A DNA stretch of 64,000 bases from Candidatus Hydrogenedentota bacterium (GCA_963668025.2 CAXXTH010000017.1:896001-960000), one strand, 5' to 3'. Shown: positions 20,502 to 30,638, counted from the first letter of the stretch. Notes: generated by a model not told the origin, from the sequence alone. Made by a program: numbers and translations.

Positions 20502-20877
20502 CATTTCCATACTACTATTTGTCGAAATCTTGTTTCCTTGCATGGATTTTCTGTGTAAATCAATATACATCAACTCGTTAGAGACCAGATTTCCAACCCG
20601 AAGAACATGAAGTAAACGATATCAATCCTAGATTTTCATCTGTGTCATCGGCGCCATCTGTGGAAAACCTTCGTGTTCTTCGTTTCTTCATGGTTCAAAA
20701 TCTGGATCTTTGGTTGCGACTATGCTGCTGTATGAGATATGTCGTTCATTTGCATTTCCGTAGCATGGGCGTCCCGCCCATGAACATGGCCGGGACGGCC
20801 ATGCCATGGGATATATTTCATGTACGGGCAAGAAAAACATGCCATTTACCCCTCCCGATCCAGGTTTGATTTCCCTC

Positions 20878-20921
20878 TTGACTCCGCGTTCGCAAAGCCA
20901 TATGATCTTAGGCCAGCCAAA
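20878..20921 (+). promoter_or_regulatory. Sigma70 promoter with a DtxR/IdeR-type operator
   Basis: TTGACT-N17-TATGAT (20878-20906) immediately followed by TTAGGCCAGCCAAA (20908-20921), similar to the DtxR box core TTAGGTTAGCCTAA. Confidence 0.7.
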
Positions 20922-20958
20922 CATCAGGCGTTATTCTTGGCAAGGAGGAATGCCGGCC

Positions 20959-21714
20959 ATGCCGGGTGATACGTTGAGTGCGAGCCTGGAGGATTACCTT
21001 GAGGCCATATTCCACATCGTGGCGGAGAAACAAGCCGCCCGCGTGAAGGATATCGCCGCCCGTTTGTCCGTCAACAATTCTTCCGTAACGGGGGCGTTGC
21101 ACGCCCTCGCCGAGCGCGGCCTGATCAATTACGCACCGTACGATATCATCACCTTGACGGATGAAGGCCGCCGCGAAGGCCGCGAGATTGTCCGCCGCCA
21201 TGAAGCCCTCCGGGATTTCTTCGTCAAAGTGTTGGATGTGGAGTCCGCCGAAGCCGAAGAAGCCGCATGCCGGGTGGAACACGCCATTTCGCGGGGAATC
21301 CTGGATAGGTTTGTTGTGTTCCTTAACTCTATTGAAGTGTGCCCGATGATGGCGGCGCGCAGCGGTGCAGGCGTGGGTTTTCCGTGCGCGGACGGCCCCA
21401 GCCGGGAAGCATGCGTGCGGTGCATCCAAATGTGTTTGGCCTCGCTGCATGAAGAGGCGAACGCGCCTGCTGGCGCGGCAGGCGGGCGGCTGTTTTTAGA
21501 TAGGCTTGCCGCCGGGCGGAAGGCGCGTGTGTCGTCCATGAGCAAGCGAAGCCGCGCCGAAGCGCGTTACCAGGAAATGGGGCTTGCGCCCGGTGCGTTG
21601 ATCGAAGTCGAACGCCCCGGCGAAACGGGCGCGCCTATAGAAATAAAGGTGAATGGGTATCATGTGACGATTGAACGGAGGGACGCCGCCGAGATCGCCG
21701 TGGAGCCATTCTAA
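20959..21714 (+). CDS. DtxR/MntR-family metal-dependent repressor with a C-terminal FeoA-like domain
   Basis: SLEDYLEAIF, ARVKDIA..L.V..SSVT, RRHE, EACRVEHAIS; C-terminal MGL.PG..IEV. Confidence 0.92.
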   Translation: MPGDTLSASLEDYLEAIFHIVAEKQAARVKDIAARLSVNNSSVTGALHALAERGLINYAPYDIITLTDEGRREGREIVRRHEALRDFFVKVLDVESAEAEEAACRVEHAISRGILDRFVVFLNSIEVCPMMAARSGAGVGFPCADGPSREACVRCIQMCLASLHEEANAPAGAAGGRLFLDRLAAGRKARVSSMSKRSRAEARYQEMGLAPGALIEVERPGETGAPIEIKVNGYHVTIERRDAAEIAVEPF

Positions 21715-21795
21715 CGATAAGACCTCTCCGGTGGCACAGAACGACTAGTAACAAGGCGCTTCATTTTTTCCTAAAAGTGCGAGGAATAGATTGTC

Positions 21796-22047
21796 ATGAA
21801 CGAAACGAAAGAGGCTCCGTCCGATAACACGGTGCCTCTTGCTCAGATACCGGCGGGCTCCCGCGTGCATTTGGCGTCCGTCGAGGCGGGATTGGGCTTG
21901 CGTTCGCGGCTTGCGGCGCTGGGGCTCATCACTGGCGCGGAGCTGCATGTGATTGCCAACAGCCTGTGGGGGCCGTTCATCGTGGCCGTGCGGGAGAGCC
22001 GTATTATTTTAGGCCGGGGCATGGCGGAAAAAATTAAAGTGAGATGA
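21796..22047 (+). CDS. feoA: Ferrous iron transport protein A
   Basis: RLAALGLITG...GPFIVAVRESRIILGRGMAEKIKV; directly upstream of feoB. Confidence 0.9.
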   Translation: MNETKEAPSDNTVPLAQIPAGSRVHLASVEAGLGLRSRLAALGLITGAELHVIANSLWGPFIVAVRESRIILGRGMAEKIKVR

Positions 22048-22080
22048 CGCCGCCCAGGCTGCGGACAGGATCCTGTACAC

Positions 22081-24615
22081 ATGAATGTTTACGCGGGAAA
22101 ATCCATTACGGCCGCCTTGGCGGGCAATCCGAATTCGGGCAAAACCACCCTGTTTAACGCGATTACGGGCGCACACCAGCATGTAGGCAATTATCCTGGC
22201 GTAACCGTCGAAAAAAAAGAAGGCCGTTGCCGGACCAATGGCGTCCAGCTTACCGTGGTGGATCTTCCCGGCACCTATAGCCTCACCGCGTATTCCACCG
22301 AGGAAATCGTGGCGCGCGATTTCGTTATCAAAGACAAGCCCGATGTGGTGGTGGATGTGGTGGACGCCTCGAATCTCGAGCGCAACCTGTATCTGGCCGT
22401 ACAGCTCATCGAGCTGGGCGCACCCCTTGTGCTGGCGTTCAACATGAGCGATGTGGCGAAGAGCCGGGGCTTTGAATTTGATATCCAGGCGTTATCAAGG
22501 CTCCTCGGCGCGCCGATTGTGCTTACGTCGGCCCATAAAAGCAAGGGCGTTGAGGAACTCCTCGAAACGATATTGAAAACTGCGGAACAGCCGCCTCTAA
22601 CGAAATCCATTCGTATTCAATATGGAAGCGAAATCGAGGCGGAGCTGGCCAAGCTGCAGCGGCTTATTGAAGCGAAGGGCGTCTTGCCAGGCGTGTATGC
22701 CCCCCGATGGCTGGCGCTCAAGCTGCTCGAACAAGACCGGGAAATCTCGGCGGAGATTCACGAGCCCGAGTTGCTGGCTTTGGCGAAAACGAGCGTGGCC
22801 CGGCTTACGCGCATTTTGGGCGATTCGCCGGAAATGGCCATCGCCGACCGGCGGTACGGATTTATCTCGGGGGCTTGCCAGGAAACCGTGCGCTCGACCG
22901 TCGAACAGCGCCATTACGTCTCCGATCAAATTGACGCCGTGCTGGCCCACCGCATTCTAGGCCTGCCGATTTTCTTGCTGATGATGTACCTCGTGTTCGA
23001 ATTTACCTTCACGCTGGGCAATCCGGCCATGGGGGCCATCGAACACCTATTCTCATGGCTCGCGGATACGATTATCCATTGGTGGCCCCGGGGTTCGGAA
23101 AGCGCCTTGCGTTCGCTGTTGGTGGATGGGGTGATTGGCGGCGTGGGCGGCGTGATTGTGTTTTTACCGAATATTTTGCTGCTGTTTCTGTCCATCGCAC
23201 TGCTCGAGGATTCAGGCTACATGGCCCGGGCGGCGTTCGTGATGGACCACATCATGCACAAGTTTGATCTGCACGGGAAGAGTTTCATTCCCATGATGAT
23301 CGGTTTCGGCTGCACCGTACCTGCTATCATGGCCACGCGCACCCTCGAGAACGAGCGCGACCGGCTAACGACTATGCTGGTGGCGCCGCTCATGAGCTGC
23401 GGCGCACGGTTTCCCATTTACGCCTTGCTCATTCCAGCCTTTTTCCCGAAAGCCTGGCAAGCGCCCATGCTGTGGCTCATCTATTTTATTGGCATCGTAT
23501 TGGCGCTGGCGCTGGCCAAGCTGCTGCGCCTGACCCTGTTCCGGGGCGAATCGACGCCGTTTGTGATGGAATTGCCGCCGTACCGCATGCCGACGGCGCG
23601 AGGCGCGCTGCACCATATGTGGGGCCGGGGCTGGCTGTATGTGCGCAAGGCGGGAACCGTGATTCTGGCGATCTCGATTCTGCTGTGGGTGCTAACGGCC
23701 TATCCTAAAAAGACCGTGTTTGATCTGGATTACAACGCCCTCAAGGCGGGCGAGCGCGATGCCTATTTGGAACAGGCGCGCAAGCTCAACACATCGCTGG
23801 GCCTGCCTGCGGAATCCGGCTTGCTCGAAGAGGCCCTGCGGGCGGAACTCGAACGACAGGATGAACAGGCCGCGTATTATCCCGATGAACCTGGATACGC
23901 CGAGGCGCAATCCCGCTACGAGGCGCGTCTGGCGGAGCTGAACGCTCAAGACGGGTCGGGCCGCATTGCGGCGTTTCTCGTGGTGCGGGATGCGGTAGTT
24001 GCGGCGCGGGCAGACTTCGAGGCCGCTGTGTCGGAACGGGGGCTTGAACCCCACTCGCCCAGCCATGTCGCGCTGCGGCATGATTTGGAAAACCAGCTTC
24101 AGCGTCTGCGGCAACAGTCGCCCGCGCCCGTCGAGGCGGCGCTTGCCTATCTGGATGGGGTGCATGAACCGTATTCCGAACGCCTGCGCGCACTCGAACA
24201 CCAACAGCGTTCGGAAGAACTGGCATATTCCATGGCGGGGCGGATTGGCCGCGCCATCGAGCCGGTCTTGCGGCCTATGGGATTTGACTGGCGCATCGGC
24301 ACGGCGCTGGTGGGCGCTTTTGCGGCCAAAGAAGTCTTTGTCGCCCAATTGGGCATTGTATACGCCGTGGGCAAAGAGAGCCCGGAAACCGAAGCTTTAC
24401 GGGCGAATCTACGCAGCCATTACACGCCGTTGACAGCCTTCTGCATCATGATATTCTGTTTGATCAGCACGCCCTGCGTAGCGACATTCGCGGCCACGCG
24501 CAGCGAATCCAATTCCTGGAAATGGCCCTTGTTCCAATTGGCGGGGCTGACCGTACTGGCTTGGCTCGTTACGACGTTGATATACCAAACGGGCAGCCTG
24601 CTGGGCGCGGTATGA
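22081..24615 (+). CDS. feoB: Ferrous iron transport protein B
   Basis: GNPNSGKTT, NYPGVTVE, DLPGTYSL, LEDSGYMARAA, GFGC.VPA, FVMELPPY, AKEV, TPC. Confidence 0.96.
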   Translation: MNVYAGKSITAALAGNPNSGKTTLFNAITGAHQHVGNYPGVTVEKKEGRCRTNGVQLTVVDLPGTYSLTAYSTEEIVARDFVIKDKPDVVVDVVDASNLERNLYLAVQLIELGAPLVLAFNMSDVAKSRGFEFDIQALSRLLGAPIVLTSAHKSKGVEELLETILKTAEQPPLTKSIRIQYGSEIEAELAKLQRLIEAKGVLPGVYAPRWLALKLLEQDREISAEIHEPELLALAKTSVARLTRILGDSPEMAIADRRYGFISGACQETVRSTVEQRHYVSDQIDAVLAHRILGLPIFLLMMYLVFEFTFTLGNPAMGAIEHLFSWLADTIIHWWPRGSESALRSLLVDGVIGGVGGVIVFLPNILLLFLSIALLEDSGYMARAAFVMDHIMHKFDLHGKSFIPMMIGFGCTVPAIMATRTLENERDRLTTMLVAPLMSCGARFPIYALLIPAFFPKAWQAPMLWLIYFIGIVLALALAKLLRLTLFRGESTPFVMELPPYRMPTARGALHHMWGRGWLYVRKAGTVILAISILLWVLTAYPKKTVFDLDYNALKAGERDAYLEQARKLNTSLGLPAESGLLEEALRAELERQDEQAAYYPDEPGYAEAQSRYEARLAELNAQDGSGRIAAFLVVRDAVVAARADFEAAVSERGLEPHSPSHVALRHDLENQLQRLRQQSPAPVEAALAYLDGVHEPYSERLRALEHQQRSEELAYSMAGRIGRAIEPVLRPMGFDWRIGTALVGAFAAKEVFVAQLGIVYAVGKESPETEALRANLRSHYTPLTAFCIMIFCLISTPCVATFAATRSESNSWKWPLFQLAGLTVLAWLVTTLIYQTGSLLGAV

Positions 24616-24804
24616 TAAACATAATTGGTAACACAATATAAGGCTGTAGATTCGACTTGCCGCCAAGTCACATTATGGAAATATCTTGATGAGTTTTGTT
24701 CATTCTGTAAATCGTGTCCAAAAAACGCCATTTTTGCTATTGCGGCCAACAAACGATATCGCTGCTAAACAGCAAATTATCCTATCAACCGAGGAGACCG
24801 GCTC

Positions 24805-25008
24805 ATGATGGAAACGCTCGTGATTATCGCAGTAGTGCTCGCCGCGTGCGCCTTTCTGGGGCGGGGCATCTACCGCACCATGACCGGCAAAGCCAGCACA
24901 TGCGGCTGTGGAGAAAAAACGTGTCCCATGCAGAAAGATTGCGCCAGCCGGGATTGTTCTTGCCCGGAGCCGCCCGCTTCGCTGATGCACGGAAAAACAA
25001 AATCATGA
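24805..25008 (+). CDS. FeoB-associated Cys-rich membrane protein
   Basis: GAGGAG RBS; single TM helix followed by CGCGEKTCP..DC..DCSC; downstream of feoB. Confidence 0.75.
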   Translation: MMETLVIIAVVLAACAFLGRGIYRTMTGKASTCGCGEKTCPMQKDCASRDCSCPEPPASLMHGKTKS

Positions 25009-26102
25009 ATGCTGGCCATCTCGTAGCCGCATTGTTGTCTGTATGCGGGCTTGCCTTGGCGCAACTGCCCGATCAGCCATTCGCCATGGAGCGGGGGCGC
25101 ATCATTGCGCCTGTTTTTTTCCATGGATTAGGCCCGTACCCTTTTCTACTAGATACGGCGGCGGTGGAGCCGGTATTCGATGCCGCCATGGCGGCGCGTT
25201 TGGGTCTTCAGAAAAGCGCGGAATCACCGGATTCTGTAGCATGCACCGAAGCGTTATCGCCCGTCGTGTGCGGACATGCCATGCCGGAATCCACGTTTCT
25301 ACTTGCGGACTTGTCTGGATTCGAGCGCATCTTGGGGCGGCCCGTGGCGGGCGTATTGGCCGGGCAACGCCTGGAAGGCGTGCTCGTGTTTGATTTCGAG
25401 GCCAAGCACATGTCGTGGCGTCCGGCGGACCCGATCCCCATCGATCCATATACCACCCGTTTGGAGCAAACGCCGGAAGGCCCCGTTCTCGACCTCACGT
25501 TGAATGGCAAGCCCATGCGCGCCGTGCTCGACACCTCTTTTGGCGGCATACTATCGCTCTCCGAATCGCTGGCGAACCAGATGGGCGTGCTGGGCGATGC
25601 CACGCCACGGCTGAAGCTGCTTGCCGGCGGCGAAACCACGGCGGGTGATGTCCAATTCCGTGCAGGCAGCCTACGCATCCCCACCATTGAAGTGGCAGGG
25701 CCGGTCTGCGCCCTGGACGCCGCCTCCGGAACCGCACGCATCGGCTCGGGATTGCTGGCGTGTTTCCGCGCTGCGATTGGCTTTCCCGCGTCCTTTGTGC
25801 GCCTTGAACCTATCGGGGCGCTGCCGGTGACGAGTGCGCCAATTGAAGGAACCGGCCTCACGCCGGTGTCGCTGCAAGAGGGCTATTGGACCGTGGGGGT
25901 GGCGGAAGGCTCACCCGCGGACGAAGGGGGAGTTTCGCCGGGGGATGCCGTGCTGGCCGTGAACGGCGCGGCCATGCAAGGCGTGGCCTGGACACAGTTG
26001 TCCGCGCTGCTGAATCCGATTACAGGCCAGGAAGTGCGCTTATCGCTCCGGCATGCGGGCGAAACGCAGGCATGCGTCCTGGTCTCCCGCCGCTTGCTCT
26101 AG
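25005..26102 (+). CDS. Secreted double aspartyl-protease (retropepsin-like) plus PDZ protein
   Basis: Signal peptide; FLLDTAA and AVLDTSF motifs; C-terminal GSPA..GG..PGD.VLAVNG PDZ; ATGA overlap with the upstream gene. Confidence 0.75.
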   Translation: MNAGHLVAALLSVCGLALAQLPDQPFAMERGRIIAPVFFHGLGPYPFLLDTAAVEPVFDAAMAARLGLQKSAESPDSVACTEALSPVVCGHAMPESTFLLADLSGFERILGRPVAGVLAGQRLEGVLVFDFEAKHMSWRPADPIPIDPYTTRLEQTPEGPVLDLTLNGKPMRAVLDTSFGGILSLSESLANQMGVLGDATPRLKLLAGGETTAGDVQFRAGSLRIPTIEVAGPVCALDAASGTARIGSGLLACFRAAIGFPASFVRLEPIGALPVTSAPIEGTGLTPVSLQEGYWTVGVAEGSPADEGGVSPGDAVLAVNGAAMQGVAWTQLSALLNPITGQEVRLSLRHAGETQACVLVSRRLL

Positions 26103-26151
26103 GCCCAACATACACTCAATCCCAACAACCACCATAAGGAGTATCGCACGC

Positions 26152-26688
26152 ATGGAACAATGGATCCGCCGCGAGCCTATCTATTCAGGCCGCGTGATTT
26201 CGCTTGAGGCCGGAGAAGTCGCCCTCGATAACGGAGAAACCGCCCCTCGCGAGATTGTCTTGCATTGCGGCGGCGTAGGCGTCGCGCCCTTGGTGGACGG
26301 CCAGGTCATTTTGGTCAAACAATACCGCATTGCCGTCGAGCGCGATGTCATCGAGCTGCCCGCAGGCAAGCTGGAACCCGGCGATACGCCCGAAACCCGC
26401 GCCGCCCAGGAACTCGAGGAAGAAACCGGCTACCGTCCAGGCCGGCTCGTACAGGTGGCGTCCTGCTATTGCTCGCCAGGATTCACCAACGAACTCGACC
26501 ACATCTATCTGGCGTTCGATTGCGTGAAAACCAAACAGAATTTGGAATACGACGAGCGCATCGAGTTGGTGCATATCCCGCTCGATGAGATCGAATCCCG
26601 CCTGCAACGCCGCGAATTCATCGACGCCAAGACCATCATCGGCCTGCGCGAACTGCTGGCGTATCTAGCGCGGGTGGATGGGGAATAA
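26152..26688 (+). CDS. NUDIX hydrolase (ADP-ribose pyrophosphatase-like)
   Basis: KQYR, ELPAGKLEPGDTPETRAAQELEEETGY Nudix box, SPGF, DAKT. Confidence 0.92.
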   Translation: MEQWIRREPIYSGRVISLEAGEVALDNGETAPREIVLHCGGVGVAPLVDGQVILVKQYRIAVERDVIELPAGKLEPGDTPETRAAQELEEETGYRPGRLVQVASCYCSPGFTNELDHIYLAFDCVKTKQNLEYDERIELVHIPLDEIESRLQRREFIDAKTIIGLRELLAYLARVDGE

Positions 26689-26933
26689 CCTCGCTCGATG
26701 CCCGCGCCGCCCCATTGATAAGATCCACTGCAATAGGCAAAGGGAAAACACCACAATTCTGATTTTGCTCATATCAAAAAGCACCATATATGGCTCGTCT
26801 TCTAAAAGCCACATACGGTGATTTTACGGAATTATTGAGGTGAATCCGCAACCAAAAGGGTATTCGGGTCCCAGGAATCCATATATGGGAGTATTCGATG
26901 GTATTTAATTCTTGACGCTAGTGGTTTTTTCTC

Positions 26934-26962
26934 TTGACAAGTACTATATGTTGTGGTAGATT
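26934..26962 (+). promoter_or_regulatory. Sigma70 promoter with an NrdR-like box in the spacer
   Basis: TTGACA-N17-TAGATT; the spacer contains ACTATATGTTGTG. Confidence 0.65.
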
Positions 26963-26968
26963 GCCCTT

Positions 26969-27150
26969 GGTGTCTGGAACATAGTACGTGGGCATGCAAC
27001 TTCAACGCACCGTGAAGTTCGTTCCGCAGCCCAAGCCAACATGTCCACGTCCAGGCAGGCGCCTATATCCGCAGCCCATGGGCGCTTGGCCATAGATAGA
27101 AACCGTGTCCCTCTTGCGCCAAAGACACACGGATCGAGGTTTCGGACACT
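26969..27150 (+). ncRNA. Putative 6S RNA-like ncRNA (about 180 nt)
   Basis: Begins at the predicted TSS. 5' GTGTCTGGAAC (26970-26980) pairs fully, with G:U, to 3' GTTTCGGACAC (27139-27149). Internal CCAAGC/GCTTGG helix and A-rich unpaired segments; followed by a terminator. Confidence 0.5.
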
Positions 27151-27159
27151 CCCCGCATC

Positions 27160-27200
27160 GAGCGGCAAGTTCCCAAGGCTTGCCGCTCCCTCCTTTTTTT
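27160..27200 (+). terminator. Intrinsic terminator
   Basis: GAGCGGCAAG-loop-CTTGCCGCTC then CCTCC and T7. Confidence 0.75.
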
Positions 27201-27398
27201 GAGCGAAAAATGTCTGTTGAAGAGCTGGCCTCACGGTCAAAATTGAATCTATTTTCCCTGCATGATACGATCTTGAGTGTAGCGAAAAGGTGTGTTTTGG
27301 ACATCTTATTATTGCCGGTTATTCATATGTGCAAGCTGGCTAGGCGCTTGGGCGCCGCGAAACACTATCCGCTTGCGAAAGAAGGGAAGTATATTCAA

Positions 27399-28337
27399 AT
27401 GAAAACAATGCGAACCTGTTCCATACTAGCGCTTCTTCTATTGTCATGGGCTTGCTTGGCTGTTGCCCAGGATGGGACTGCCTCGGAAGAGCTTGCTGCT
27501 ACGGACGGCAGCCGGGGAGTTAATGACACGCCGCGCTTGACGCTCACTTTGCGGGGTTGGTATGCGAATCTGGATGGCGACACGAGCATGTTGCGTGAGC
27601 TGGACAGCTCGAATCTGGACATAGATGATGAACTGAATATTGGTGACTATCTCGCCCCAGAAGCCCGGATGAGCCTCCGGATCGCGGAGCGGCATACGCT
27701 GGAATTGCGCTATGTCCACCTACAATACGATAGCGATGAGCATTTGGCCAAGCCTTTTGTGTTTGACCAAAGCTTGGCGGGAGTCTTCAACCGGGTGGAA
27801 GGCAAACTCAAACTGGATTACGCCCGCGTGGGCTGGCGGTACCGCCTTGTGGGCGACGGTGGCGGCGCATTTGATTTGGACACGGTGCTGGACGCGGCCA
27901 TCTTCAAAGGCAGCGCGAAATATAAATTGTACAAATGGTGGGATCCTTACTACGTGGATGAAAAGGATGAATTGGACGGCTGGGGCGGCTTGCCGATGCT
28001 CGGGCTGTCGTTCACCGCACGCCCAATAAACCGGTTCGAGCTGTTTGGCGAAGCGGCGGGCATGTATGCGGGCGATTATGGCCATGCGTTTGACGCCGAA
28101 GCCGGCGTACGCTTCCTGGTGACGCAACACTTGTCCGTTGAAGCGGGGTATCGCCTGTTTAATCTGCGCGGGCAATGGGACAATGACCATGACAAGCCTG
28201 GCCTGGCCGATTTGATCCTGGATGGCCCCGAAGAACTCCTGCAAGACGCCATCGTGCGCGAGATTTATGGCGGCGATACCGACGATGCGGACCTCTCCAT
28301 GGCGGGCCCATTCGTGGGCGCATCGCTGCGATTCTAA
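27399..28337 (+). CDS. Outer-membrane beta-barrel protein
   Basis: Signal peptide; alternating aromatic beta strands (EAGYR); C-terminal GPFVGASLRF. Confidence 0.75.
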   Translation: MKTMRTCSILALLLLSWACLAVAQDGTASEELAATDGSRGVNDTPRLTLTLRGWYANLDGDTSMLRELDSSNLDIDDELNIGDYLAPEARMSLRIAERHTLELRYVHLQYDSDEHLAKPFVFDQSLAGVFNRVEGKLKLDYARVGWRYRLVGDGGGAFDLDTVLDAAIFKGSAKYKLYKWWDPYYVDEKDELDGWGGLPMLGLSFTARPINRFELFGEAAGMYAGDYGHAFDAEAGVRFLVTQHLSVEAGYRLFNLRGQWDNDHDKPGLADLILDGPEELLQDAIVREIYGGDTDDADLSMAGPFVGASLRF

Positions 28338-28404
28338 CGGCTCTGGAATTTCGCTTCATACACGCGCTTGCGGCTTCTCATGAAGACTGCAAGCGCGTGT
28401 TGCT

Positions 28405-28551
28405 TTATGCGCCCATGAGCCTGCGCAGCAGCGCGGCGATGGCGTCCCGATTCCCCTCATAAAAAGCCGCCGAGAACCGGACGTAAAAAAGGGCCATGAC
28501 GCCGATGAGCCAGGCGGCGGCCAGCGTCCCGAGCAAGCGGTCACGCTTCAT
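28405..28551 (-). CDS. Small single-TM protein (48 aa)
   Basis: MKRDRLLGTLAAAWLIGVMALFYVRF...; overlaps the stop of the DUF2304 gene. Confidence 0.45.
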   Translation of the reverse strand: MKRDRLLGTLAAAWLIGVMALFYVRFSAAFYEGNRDAIAALLRRLMGA

Positions 28552-28921
28552 CGCGGCGCTCCAGTTTCTTGACGCGGTTTGACAAGAGCGCCACTTCCTG
28601 GGCGAGCTGGCGATTGCGTTCGGCAAGCCGTGAGATCACGATGGTGAAGCTGAGCATGAGGAACAGGACAAAGAGAAACGATAAGATCACGATGACGGTC
28701 AGGAATTGAAAGTGAAACAAATTGGATAGCAAAATAATGACGCGGGGAAAAACGCCGATGACCAAGCCCGCGAGAGCGGTTCCGAGCCAAAGCAAGGCGT
28801 AGCGCTCCTTGAGGTATCCGCGCCGCACCAACTCGAGCACGAGGCCGAGCAAAAAGATGGAAAGCACGGCGAGGCCGACGCGATGGACCAAATACAAATC
28901 GAGTTGTTCCGTGCCTGGCAT
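28541..28921 (-). CDS. DUF2304-family membrane protein
   Basis: LVRRGYLKERYALLW...FP...ISRLAERNRQLAQEVALL; follows a GT2 gene. Confidence 0.85.
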   Translation of the reverse strand: MPGTEQLDLYLVHRVGLAVLSIFLLGLVLELVRRGYLKERYALLWLGTALAGLVIGVFPRVIILLSNLFHFQFLTVIVILSFLFVLFLMLSFTIVISRLAERNRQLAQEVALLSNRVKKLERRDEA

Positions 28922-28926
28922 GGAAG

Positions 28927-29643
28927 TCAATCTCCAGGTGTGCGAGGAAAGGAGCGGCACATGCTAATCAGCACCGCCAGCGCCACTTTGACGATATAAT
29001 ACGCCGCATGGGGCGGGCGGATCGAGGTGCGGCCGCCTTGGCGTGGCTGCATGCGGACGGGGATTTCCGCCGCCTTGAATCCGGCGCGATACACTACAAT
29101 GAGCGCTTCCGTTTCGGGGTAATCATCGGGATAATAGCGCGCGAAGAGGGCGATCACACGCCGGCTGGCGGCGCGGAAACCACTAGTGGTGTCGGTGATG
29201 CCGCCGCCAATCATGGCGTTCACCAGCCTCGATAGGAGCGATTTGCCTATCCGCCGGCTTATTGAAGGCACGTAACCCGTGTCGGCCACATAGCGCGAGC
29301 CAATGACAAGGTCCGCCGCGCCTGCTTCGACGCGCGCCACCAGCTCCCGCACTTGCTCCGCCGGATGCTGCCCATCCGCGTCGCATTGCACGGCGATGTC
29401 GTAGCCGTTGCGCAAGGCATACTTATACCCCGTCTGCATGGCGGCCCCAATTCCGAGGTTCATGGGCATGCGCACCAAATCCGCTGCACCGCTAGCCTCG
29501 ACAATGGCCGCTGTCCGGTCTTGGGAGCCATCGTCGATCACCAGAATGTCACATTCAGGCGCATGCTGGCGCAACGCCGCGATGACATCCGCGATGGTGT
29601 CGGCTTCGTTGTACGCGGGTATGATGATCAGCGTGCGCGACAT
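28927..29643 (-). CDS. GT2 glycosyltransferase (DPM1-like)
   Basis: IPAYNE, DDGSQD, NLGIG, DADGQH, IGSR, DTTSGFRA. Confidence 0.92.
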   Translation of the reverse strand: MSRTLIIIPAYNEADTIADVIAALRQHAPECDILVIDDGSQDRTAAIVEASGAADLVRMPMNLGIGAAMQTGYKYALRNGYDIAVQCDADGQHPAEQVRELVARVEAGAADLVIGSRYVADTGYVPSISRRIGKSLLSRLVNAMIGGGITDTTSGFRAASRRVIALFARYYPDDYPETEALIVVYRAGFKAAEIPVRMQPRQGGRTSIRPPHAAYYIVKVALAVLISMCRSFPRTPGD

Positions 29644-30638
29644 CAGGCCTGGCCCTTCCTCCGAATGAAAAACCGCCAGACACCTATCGCCATGCCCGAC
29701 GCCCGCGCCAAATCGCGCAGAAACGCCACATCGCCGAATTCCAGCAGTTTTAAACTGCCCGTGCGCCGCACCATCCGCAATGGCATGGGCAGGCGAAGGG
29801 CCAAATACAGGAGCGATACCAATCCGCCAATGGCCGTATACAGGAGCAGAAGGCTTTTCGGGAGTAGAAACGCCGCCGGGAGGAACACGAGGAACGCCAG
29901 AAACAGGACCGATAACGGCGGCGCGGCGAAATCGGCCAGCCCCGCATAGCGGTCGCCCCGGGCGCGTTTGGGATGTTTAGCGTACAGCTTCATCCGCCAG
30001 AATCCATGGCGCATCTGCGTGCATAAGTACGAGCCCAAGCGCGTGGGATGGTGATGGGCCACGATGGCCAGGGGCGCATACCGCAGCCGCCAGCCTGCAT
30101 CAGCAAGGCGGTAAGCCAAGTCGTTGTCTTCGCCCGATGCGGCGCGGAAGTGCTCATCGAATCCGCCGGTGGCCTCGAGGGCCGTGCGGCGGTACATCAC
30201 ATTGAACGAACCCAGAAAATCCACTTCAGGGCCGAACCGGGCATGCCGGATGGCGATTTCTTCTTGGATCATGCGCGCCAGGAGATGCTTGGGATTGGCG
30301 ATGGCGTATGTGCCGCCCACGCCGCCCACGCCATCTTCGAAACCTTCCAGCAGGCGGCTAATCCAATCATGCCCGGGAATGCAGTCCGCATCCGTGAAGG
30401 CGACGAATTCGCCATGGGCCATGCGCCAGCCTTTATTGCGGGCGGCGGCGGGGCCTAAGTGATGCTGTTGCAAGCATTCGGCGGCAAACGACCGGGCGAC
30501 TTCGGCGGTGTCATCCGTGGAGCCATCATCGACCACGATGATCTCGGCTGCATTTTGCGATTGCTGGACACAGGCATCCAGGCATGCCGCGAGGGTATTT
30601 CCAGCGTTATATGCGGGGATGACAATGGAAACGAGCAT
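29643..30638 (-). CDS. GT2 glycosyltransferase with C-terminal TM helices
   Basis: VIPAYN, VDDGSTD, GPAAARN.G, FTDADC, GGFDE, GED.DL. Confidence 0.9.
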   Translation of the reverse strand: MLVSIVIPAYNAGNTLAACLDACVQQSQNAAEIIVVDDGSTDDTAEVARSFAAECLQQHHLGPAAARNKGWRMAHGEFVAFTDADCIPGHDWISRLLEGFEDGVGGVGGTYAIANPKHLLARMIQEEIAIRHARFGPEVDFLGSFNVMYRRTALEATGGFDEHFRAASGEDNDLAYRLADAGWRLRYAPLAIVAHHHPTRLGSYLCTQMRHGFWRMKLYAKHPKRARGDRYAGLADFAAPPLSVLFLAFLVFLPAAFLLPKSLLLLYTAIGGLVSLLYLALRLPMPLRMVRRTGSLKLLEFGDVAFLRDLARASGMAIGVWRFFIRRKGQA

